Source: Desulfatiglandales bacterium (lineage in GTDB: Bacteria > Desulfobacterota > DSM-4660 > Desulfatiglandales > B25-G16). From it: a DNA stretch of 64,000 nt. Position 1 is the first letter of the stretch; each line of letters begins with the position of its first letter. The notes beneath the pieces were generated by a model, which did no database searches, was not told where the DNA came from, and was given only the letters and a program-made list of their open reading frames with translations. Made by a program: the position numbers and the translations under genes. Location: NCBI GenBank assembly GCA_035527895.1, contig DATKZQ010000017.1, forward strand, positions 3,588 to 67,587, written 5' to 3'. Shown here one piece after another: positions 18,722-25,538 of this stretch.

Positions 18722-18792
18722 GCCTAACGTAATTTTCACCTGCTGGTGTGAAGCGAAGCGAAACACCAGTCTGGTGGAAAAACTGGTTGGGC
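18722..18792 (-). other. attC site of cassette 2
   Basis: The minus strand reads GCCCAAC-(TTTTCCACCAGACTGGTGT..ACACCAGCAGGTGAAAA, with unpaired bases)-GTTAGGC. Confidence 0.7.
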
Positions 18793-18834
18793 GTCATTGC
18801 CCCATAGTACGTTGTTCTCTGCAGAGCTGTAACA

Positions 18835-19575
18835 CTATAGATCTACAATCCCATTACGAAAGATGTATTCGCGCCCCTCATCGGTAAGCTGCACAATCGC
18901 ATGGCTTCGAAAGACAAGCCCCTGGTCGCTAGCTTCGGCAAAATATCTTTCGAAAGACAACCTGTGAAGACTGGAGTTTTTGACTGCTGTGTCAAAGAAT
19001 ATCGTACCTTTTCGAGATTGATTGGCTGTAGCAGCAATTGCCTCCATAACTGATCGAATACCATCACTGGTGCGGTCTGGTCGAGAACTCTGCATAGGCG
19101 CGAACGGCGCCGTGCCAATCGGTGGCTTCTCGTAGAGAGGCGCGTTCAGTAGGGTCCTAAGAAGATCGTCAAAACTGTATTCAATCTCATCGTCATTTGA
19201 GAAGTTTATGTAGAGCTTCGATTGCATAAAAGTTGGGAGCTTATTAGCTCCCTTTTGTCGAATTATGGGAATTACCTTATTGTTGTTGATCCTTGATAGC
19301 AGTGAGGAAGTCATTATCATCTTTTCGTATCCTACACCGCCTGCTCCGGCGTTCGCTTTTTCAACATACACTTCGGTACATATCATTAGCACGAAGTCAC
19401 AAGAAGATAGTTGTGTCTCCATAAAGTGTGGTAGGTCATCACCAGGGCGCAAATCCCACTGATCCAATACTGCATCAACACCTCGGTTACGAAGGGTTGT
19501 CGCGAAATCAAGAACCCATGCTTTGTGCTCCGCAGAATCGTGGGAGTATGAAATGAAAACGACTGGTGGATTCAT
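18835..19575 (-). CDS. Cassette 2: TIR-like domain protein with a C-terminal putative winged-helix domain
   Basis: VVFISYSHDSAEHKAWVLDFATTLRNRGVDAVLDQWDLRPGDDLPHFME...FVLMICTEVYVEKANAGAGGVGYE is a TIR/SEFIR-like pattern. Confidence 0.7.
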   Translation of the reverse strand: MNPPVVFISYSHDSAEHKAWVLDFATTLRNRGVDAVLDQWDLRPGDDLPHFMETQLSSCDFVLMICTEVYVEKANAGAGGVGYEKMIMTSSLLSRINNNKVIPIIRQKGANKLPTFMQSKLYINFSNDDEIEYSFDDLLRTLLNAPLYEKPPIGTAPFAPMQSSRPDRTSDGIRSVMEAIAATANQSRKGTIFFDTAVKNSSLHRLSFERYFAEASDQGLVFRSHAIVQLTDEGREYIFRNGIVDL

Positions 19576-19621
19576 ATCGAAGCTCCTAAGCTATTTCTTG
19601 TGGAAATCACTGTAATATGTC

Positions 19622-19677
19622 GCCCAACATGAAGTTCATCGGGAGCGTAAGCGATCCGGTGAAACGATTTGTTGGGC
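19622..19677 (-). other. attC site of cassette 1
   Basis: GCCCAAC...GTTGGGC flanks an imperfect palindrome, 30 nt after the ORF stop. Confidence 0.6.
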
Positions 19678-19706
19678 GGTCCTTTGCCCATTTTCTTTAC
19701 TCAGTA

Positions 19707-20330
19707 TCAGGGCTGTCCCCCTTCATTTCTGTTTTGCCAGTGAATCGGAATGTTAGGGTGCTCACCCACGAAATCCGGGTTTATGATGCAAATAGAGTCC
19801 GGCGATTGGGTCCGGTCTTTCAAGGTCGTTGGCACTCGCATATAGGCAATCGCATTCTCCAACCGGAGTTCTCGCTCTCTGACAGCAACCCGATTTGGAA
19901 GATCAAGCATCCAGCCATACTGGCTATACAGCATGCCCTCTATGTGAATGGTACTCTGGTCTTGAAAAGCAATTCTTACTACATGGTTCCGGGCCTCTTG
20001 GTTTACGCATGTAGATTTAAGTCGCGGAAGCACATCACTGCGTCCGAGCGAAAACCTCATTGCTAAGGCCTCTCCGTGCCATGGCAGGCCAAGTGCAAAA
20101 GTCCGAATTGCATCAATTATGGTCTGCGAAAATATTTGTTTAATAATTGAATATCCCACGCCCTGATTTTTCAGAAGATAGGCCAGAGCGCCAATTGATA
20201 TTTTTGCCAAGCCTCTGCAATATGTTTCCTGCTCGTGGGGTCTTAACCCGACCGGAAATGCGATTGCATATACACTTTCGGGAGGTATTTGTCTATTTGT
20301 CTCTGTCGTAGATATATCGAAAAGCTGCAT
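19707..20330 (-). CDS. Cassette 1, ORF B: hypothetical protein (partner or frameshifted C-terminal part of the HNH protein)
   Basis: A 207-aa ORF that overlaps ORF A by 38 nt in another frame. There is no attC between the two ORFs. Confidence 0.45.
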   Translation of the reverse strand: MQLFDISTTETNRQIPPESVYAIAFPVGLRPHEQETYCRGLAKISIGALAYLLKNQGVGYSIIKQIFSQTIIDAIRTFALGLPWHGEALAMRFSLGRSDVLPRLKSTCVNQEARNHVVRIAFQDQSTIHIEGMLYSQYGWMLDLPNRVAVRERELRLENAIAYMRVPTTLKDRTQSPDSICIINPDFVGEHPNIPIHWQNRNEGGQP

Positions 20331-20616
20331 CTACCCGTGGTTCTAAGCCTTCAAAATAGGAAAATTGAAACGGTCTAAGAGCACCATCAGCCAATAGGGC
20401 TTCTCCCGATCGTTTCAATGCTCTGGTGTTCTCGAACCTTACCAAGTACAGCATATCCCTCACTTCATTATCGAAGACTGAATTCGATCGGGTATTACTC
20501 GCCTCGCATACCGGCAGCCATTGATTTTCAGGGCCGTCAATAGACCTAGGTATGAAATGCTCTTGCGTCAACGAATCGTCATGATCTTCATTGCAAAGGA
20601 AACAGTAATAGCTCAT
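20293..20616 (-). CDS. Cassette 1, ORF A: HNH endonuclease-domain protein
   Basis: MSYYCFLCNEDHDDSLTQEHFIPRSIDGPENQWLPVCEASNTRSNS fits the pattern CxxC...EH...C..N. ATG 20616 lies 13 nt after the GTTGGGC junction. Confidence 0.6.
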   Translation of the reverse strand: MSYYCFLCNEDHDDSLTQEHFIPRSIDGPENQWLPVCEASNTRSNSVFDNEVRDMLYLVRFENTRALKRSGEALLADGALRPFQFSYFEGLEPRVDAAFRYIYDRDK

Positions 20617-20628
20617 TTGTTTCTGTTC

Positions 20629-20700
20629 GCCCAACCATTGATTCTTAGGCGAATTTGCCTGGTATTGGGCTATTGGGGCATAAGACAGGCAAATTTGCCT
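20629..20700. other. Candidate attI region
   Basis: GTTGGGC on the minus strand (20635-20629) lies at the start of cassette 1. Two copies of the palindrome AGGC(G/A)AATTTGCCT (20647-20660, 20687-20700) lie between it and intI. Confidence 0.45.
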
Positions 20701-20761
20701 GTTGACAATATTCAATATTTTGCCTCCCATCTGGCGGAGCTCTACAGAAACGGAGGGAGCC

Positions 20762-20980
20762 ATGGCACGCAGACTCCTCGATGAAATGCACGAGATGATG
20801 AGGCGTCGCCACTATTCGATACGTACCGAGCAGAGCTACTGTGCGTGGGTAAAGCGCTATGTGCACTTTCATAAGATGCGGAGCAGGGCGGGCCTTCGGA
20901 ACGGCGAACAAAAGATCGAAGCGTTCCTCACTCATCTTGCCATAGACCTCCGTTTGACTCCTGGAAAATGTTGTCTCTAG
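20762..20980 (+). pseudogene. intI: Integron integrase remnant (N-terminal ~65-70 residues only)
   Basis: MARRLLDEMHEMMRRRHYSIRTEQSYCAWVKRYVHFHKMRSRAGLRNGEQKIEAFLTHLAI matches the IntI N-terminal SAM-like domain (HYSxRTEQxY..W...F..FH, EAFLxHLA). The frame then ends. A GGAGGGAG RBS is present. Confidence 0.7.
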
Positions 20981-21338
20981 TTTTTGAAAGGCCTAACTAA
21001 TTACCGATGGATCAGCGGTGGTTCAGAGTGGGCAATCAGCTGAGCAGGAGAGCGTAAGTGGTGCTTTGAGCTCTGCGTGAGCAAGAGAAGTAGAATCGCG
21101 GTTTCACTTGAAAAGTGGCGCCACTAGATCAGATTAGCTAAGAATGATGTCTCTTTTACCATATCTTATCAGTATCGGCAAGAGGGAATGGGCTTGTATG
21201 AATAACGACCTCAAGTTTTAGTAGGATCTGCCGATAGAAGAAATTGGAATAACGGGGATATCGGATTCCAAAGGCAACTAACTGCGATAGTTGTGCGTAG
21301 TTGTCAAACTCAGAGAACAATAGCTCGGGGAGCTTGAA

Positions 21339-21557
21339 TTGGGAGTATATGAGGAAATGATGGGGACTGATAAAGAAGTAATGAATGCCGACGAGGTTTC
21401 CAGTTGGCTTCGTATCCCCAAATCAACCCTCTATAAGCTGTGTTGCGAGGGCCAAATCCCCTGTGCCAAGATCGGGAAACACTGGAGGTTTGACAGGGCA
21501 ATGGTCAAATCATGGTTTCAAAAGAGAGTTCGAGAAACAATAGCACAGAATTACTGA
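21339..21557 (+). CDS. Excisionase-family helix-turn-helix DNA-binding protein
   Basis: ADEVSSWLRIPKSTLYKLCCEGQIPCAKIGKHWRFDRAMVKSWF is an HTH_17/excisionase pattern. Confidence 0.65.
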   Translation: MGVYEEMMGTDKEVMNADEVSSWLRIPKSTLYKLCCEGQIPCAKIGKHWRFDRAMVKSWFQKRVRETIAQNY

Positions 21558-21649
21558 AATAAGCGGATGGGAACGGTTTCATGAACACAGGACACGTGAG
21601 GATTTCCGTGTAACTATTTGAAAACTTAACCGCAGGAGAACAACGATCA

Positions 21650-22135
21650 ATGGAAAGATCTCTGAAGGTAATACTTGAACCCACATGGGATGAAATAGAA
21701 AAGGCCAGGAACAGAAGCAGCGATTTCCTGAATGCCCATGGGTTATCAAATGATGCTGTGCACGCGCTTACGATGGTGGTGAGTGAACTGATCGAGAACA
21801 GTGTCAAATATGGCAAGTTCGCAGCACCGGAAAGTAAGGTAGTCGTAACGATCGATATTGAAGAAAGCATGATCTCTGTTGAAGTAGTCAACCCCGTCGA
21901 TGAAACAGCATACAAGCATTTGAAGAACCTGGATAAGACAATTCAATGGATCAGGGGACATCAAGACCCCTTTGAGGCCTATATAGAAAGACTGAGGGAG
22001 GTCTCTAGAAGACCACTGGATGATAAGGAAAGCGGCCTGGGCCTTGTCAGAATATCATATGAGGGAAGAGCTATCCTCGATTTTTTTCTTGGTGAAAATG
22101 ACCTGTTAAGCGTGTCGGCTGTTTCACCCTATTAG
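21650..22135 (+). CDS. GHKL-type anti-sigma-factor-like Ser/Thr kinase (SiaB/RsbW-like)
   Basis: N-box VVSELIENSVKYG and G-box DDKESGLGLVRI in a 161-aa protein. Confidence 0.7.
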   Translation: MERSLKVILEPTWDEIEKARNRSSDFLNAHGLSNDAVHALTMVVSELIENSVKYGKFAAPESKVVVTIDIEESMISVEVVNPVDETAYKHLKNLDKTIQWIRGHQDPFEAYIERLREVSRRPLDDKESGLGLVRISYEGRAILDFFLGENDLLSVSAVSPY

Positions 22136-22148
22136 AAAGGCTAAAGAG

Positions 22149-22526
22149 ATGACTGTGCGAGAGAAAGAGACATTTGTTAGCAATCTGCTGAAATTAGAAC
22201 TCGAGGAAAAGAAAGACTCTATCAATATCAGCTGGTCTGGAAAGAGCATAGATCGTGAGCCAGGGAAATTTATCACCCCAATTCTCGTCAACGCTATCAG
22301 GAGAAGCAGCGGGCTTAATAAAAAGATCATATTGGACTTTCGGGAGCTGGCTTATATGAATTCATCATCTATCACACCAGTCATAAAGATCCTTGAAAGG
22401 GCCAAAAGAGGGAGAACTCAAATCAGGGTTGTCTATAGAAAATCTCTGAAATGGCAAGATCTCTCCTTTTCTGCCTTAGAGATATTTAAAACCAAAGACC
22501 GCAGAGTGGAAATCAAGGGATTGTAA
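22149..22526 (+). CDS. SiaC-like (DUF1987-type) partner-switch phosphoprotein
   Basis: ISWSGKSIDREPGKFITPILVNAI...ILDFRELAYMNSSSITPVIKILERA follows the SiaC pattern (GDSYPEN..F..VIDW...L.L.L.YLNTSSIK..DIL) in a 125-aa protein. Confidence 0.6.
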   Translation: MTVREKETFVSNLLKLELEEKKDSINISWSGKSIDREPGKFITPILVNAIRRSSGLNKKIILDFRELAYMNSSSITPVIKILERAKRGRTQIRVVYRKSLKWQDLSFSALEIFKTKDRRVEIKGL

Positions 22527-22532
22527 TACAGC

Positions 22533-23927
22533 ATGCACCAAGATGCCATAAACCTAACGGCTGATCTGATCACAGGAAAAGAGAAGATACCCGTCGATGT
22601 CACCTACGCATCCAGATATTCTCTGCTGGTCCGTTACCCGGATTCACGGGCTTACGGGGATGGAGCACGTTTCTCCAAGCTCGTGATCCATCTCACCGGA
22701 GAAGATTGTGAGCTGGGTCCGTGCAGGGTCATGTCAGAACCCAACATCGATGGCTATGCAGGCAGGCTCGTTTTCCTTGAGGATGTTTATGACCTCGAAA
22801 ACCTGTTTCTTAACAACAGGATAGTCAAGCTGCAAAACGCTTTTGTTAACCTGCCGTTGGTCCTGGCTTACAAAGAGAGGATCTGCAAGGCATTTAAGGA
22901 GTATACCGCCAATCTCACGTATGATTTGAGCGTCTATAAGGGTCTCTTTGATAGCCTGGATCTGGAATTGAGTGCCGAGCCTGAGAGCACAAGAGAATCG
23001 GTCAGGAGAGCCATCATCGATACCGAGGGCAAGAAGTTCATGCGGTTCCTTGATGAGAGGCTGAAGGAACTAGGGGGCATAGTCGGTTCGTTCAACAGGG
23101 AAGAGCATGCGCAGCACGGGTTTTATTTCAGAAAACAACTGTGGAACTATATCCTCTGTTCTCCACTTCTGAAACGAACCAATCTGAAGCCAAGAGGATA
23201 CGCTGGAGATTCGGTGATGATGCAAATGATTTATGCAAACGAGCTTCAGGGTGATTCCACCTTTTCGAAGCTCATGCATAAGCATCCATTGGATCACTCT
23301 GCCGCTCGGGCTGTACGAAGCAGAAGACATGTTATAGCGAACATGGCCCGCCGTATCAGGGAATATGATACCGGTATAACGGACGGAAGATTGAAGGTCT
23401 TGTCTGTTGCCAGCGGGTCTGCAATTGAAATCGACGACATACTGGTTACTGCCGGGGATTGTGAAAAATATCATTTTGCCCTGCTCGATCAAGACCGACA
23501 GGCCCTGATCGAAGCGGCGGAGTGTATTAACCGGATTGAGAAGAAGTTAGAAGCCAAAATCAAGGTAGACTACATAAACGAATCCGTACGAACCATGCTT
23601 GCGTCGCCACAATTGAAGGGCAGGTGGGGGGAATTCGATTTCATTTATTCGATGGGGCTTTTTGATTATCTCACTCCTCGGGTGGCGTCGGCCGTGCTCC
23701 GTAAGCTTTTCCAATTGCTGAAGCCCGGTGGGGAGATGATCGCCGGAAATTTCCATACATCAAATCCGAGCAAATACTATATGGAGTATTGGGCAGACTG
23801 GGTTCTCTACCATCGAACGGAACAAGAGTTCGGAGATCTGTTAGGCAATGCTGCCTCAGCGGAAATCGATATCTTTTTCGATGATACAGAGAGTCAAATG
23901 TTTCTTCACATAAGAAAGACAGGATAG
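22533..23927 (+). CDS. Fusion protein: N-terminal domain of unknown function plus a class I SAM-dependent methyltransferase (PhcB-like architecture)
   Basis: The SAM motifs VLSVASGSAIE, LLDQD, FDFIYSMGLFDYL and LLKPGGEMIAGNF lie in the C-terminal half of a 464-aa protein. The gene starts 7 nt after the SiaC-like gene. Confidence 0.65.
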   Translation: MHQDAINLTADLITGKEKIPVDVTYASRYSLLVRYPDSRAYGDGARFSKLVIHLTGEDCELGPCRVMSEPNIDGYAGRLVFLEDVYDLENLFLNNRIVKLQNAFVNLPLVLAYKERICKAFKEYTANLTYDLSVYKGLFDSLDLELSAEPESTRESVRRAIIDTEGKKFMRFLDERLKELGGIVGSFNREEHAQHGFYFRKQLWNYILCSPLLKRTNLKPRGYAGDSVMMQMIYANELQGDSTFSKLMHKHPLDHSAARAVRSRRHVIANMARRIREYDTGITDGRLKVLSVASGSAIEIDDILVTAGDCEKYHFALLDQDRQALIEAAECINRIEKKLEAKIKVDYINESVRTMLASPQLKGRWGEFDFIYSMGLFDYLTPRVASAVLRKLFQLLKPGGEMIAGNFHTSNPSKYYMEYWADWVLYHRTEQEFGDLLGNAASAEIDIFFDDTESQMFLHIRKTG

Positions 23928-24138
23928 CGATGACATGCGCTGTGCATACTGACCCCTTTTTTCTTAACTGGAGGGTGTTTTTGTCCGTCTTTGGCCGGTG
24001 AGTCATGAAACGTTCTTTGAATCGACACGTTTGACACCTATGGAGGCCTTTCACGGAGGGACAATAAATGCGGTTTCCGATGTTTATCACCTTATCTGAG
24101 TTATAGAAGGATGGCTAACGTTTAAACCCGGGATTGAG

Positions 24139-25509
24139 ATGAGCCTCATTGCTAACACGACAGAGCAGTTCGATTATGATGCCGATCAATTCGAAAGCTA
24201 CCTCAGCAGCATCATCCATGAGTGGCTGAAAACTCTCACTATTCTGGCATTCCTAATGGTTCCGGCATTCCTGATACTGGATTATTTCATAATGCCTAAG
24301 GAGCTTCTCCAGCGATTTGTTATTTACAGATCCATTTCTACACTCATCGTGATCATCCAATATGCCATTGTTCGTCAAACCAGAGCAAGCAGGCTCTCTT
24401 ACATCCACGGGTATGTTGTTTCAGTGAATATTGGAGGAATGATAGCGCTGATGACAGTTGATCTGGGAGGGTTTAATTCCAGTTATTACGCGGGCCTGAA
24501 TCTCGTTATTATTGGGGTAAATCTCTGGATACCATGGAAGACCCTCCACTCAGCCCTCAATAGCATCATAGTTATTTCCTTGTATATCTTATTGAATGTC
24601 ATTGCAGGTCATCCATATGCTCATTCGCCCCTCATCAATAACCTCTTTTTTCTGTTCTCAACAGCAATCATTGCCGTGAGCATAAACCATGTGAAACACA
24701 AACTTGTCAAACAGGAGTTTTACCTGCTTGTTGAGTTGAAAAAGGCCCGGGATGCGCTCTGGAGTGAGATGGAACTGGCAAAACGGATACAAACAGCACT
24801 TTTGCCGGACAGGGAAAAGGTTAAGGGCTTTGAAATTGCCGCTACCATGGTCCCGGCCAAAGAGGTAGGTGGCGATTATTACGATATCATCGAAACCCCA
24901 ACGGGGGATAAATGGGTTACCATTGGTGACGTGTCGGGCCATGGGGTTGATTCAGGGCTGATTATGATGATGGCACAAACAAGTATTCTTTCGACGGTAC
25001 ATAGTTCAACGGACTGTAGGCCATCAGCGGTTCTCCAATCGGTAAACTCGATTCTGAGAGAGAATATTTCGAGGTTGGGATCCGACCACTACATGACCAT
25101 GATGGCCATCCGGTTCAATGAATCACAAATGACCCTGGCCGGAAAACACCAAGATATCATAATTCATAGATCTGCATTGAATAAAACCGAAACCATCCCT
25201 ACAAAAGGAACGTGGCTGGGAATCGATGAAGATATCGGGAAATACTTGGATGATGTTTCGGTGACCATAGAGGAAGGCGATCTCATACTGCTATTCACCG
25301 ATGGCATCACCGAGGCTACAAACAGGAATGGGGAGATGTATGGACAGGTTCGCCTCGAACAGGCCCTGAATGAATACGCAGATTTGCCCGTCCGTAAGAT
25401 CCTCGACAAGGTAATCGAAGACGTAACGGTCTTTCAGGAAGAACAACTGGATGATATGACCTTGGTAGTAATCAAGAAAGGCGATCCGAGTTCAACCTAC
25501 TGGCATTAG
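24139..25509 (+). CDS. Membrane-anchored PP2C/SpoIIE-family Ser/Thr phosphatase (SiaA-like)
   Basis: A ~190-aa multi-TM N-terminus is followed by EVGGDYYDI, GDVSGHGVDSGLIMMMAQT, FTDGITEA and DDMTLVVIK. Confidence 0.8.
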   Translation: MSLIANTTEQFDYDADQFESYLSSIIHEWLKTLTILAFLMVPAFLILDYFIMPKELLQRFVIYRSISTLIVIIQYAIVRQTRASRLSYIHGYVVSVNIGGMIALMTVDLGGFNSSYYAGLNLVIIGVNLWIPWKTLHSALNSIIVISLYILLNVIAGHPYAHSPLINNLFFLFSTAIIAVSINHVKHKLVKQEFYLLVELKKARDALWSEMELAKRIQTALLPDREKVKGFEIAATMVPAKEVGGDYYDIIETPTGDKWVTIGDVSGHGVDSGLIMMMAQTSILSTVHSSTDCRPSAVLQSVNSILRENISRLGSDHYMTMMAIRFNESQMTLAGKHQDIIIHRSALNKTETIPTKGTWLGIDEDIGKYLDDVSVTIEEGDLILLFTDGITEATNRNGEMYGQVRLEQALNEYADLPVRKILDKVIEDVTVFQEEQLDDMTLVVIKKGDPSSTYWH

Positions 25510-25538
25510 GCATTTCTAACCATTTAAAGCAGGTAGAC

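Larger units (their letters stand above)
16001..20980. mobile_element. Degenerate chromosomal integron: intI remnant, candidate attI and five minus-strand cassettes
   Basis: Four attC-like imperfect palindromes (RYYYAAC...GTTRRRY) separate same-strand ORFs. The intI N-terminus is divergent. The array is cut by the IS256 element. Confidence 0.75.

Noticed and set aside
20617-20763. The longer 156-aa version of the HNH ORF and the 20-codon 5' extension of the intI stump.
   Set aside because: The extensions run through the candidate attI and promoter region. The internal ATGs have better context: the junction core for the HNH ORF and a GGAGGGAG RBS for intI.
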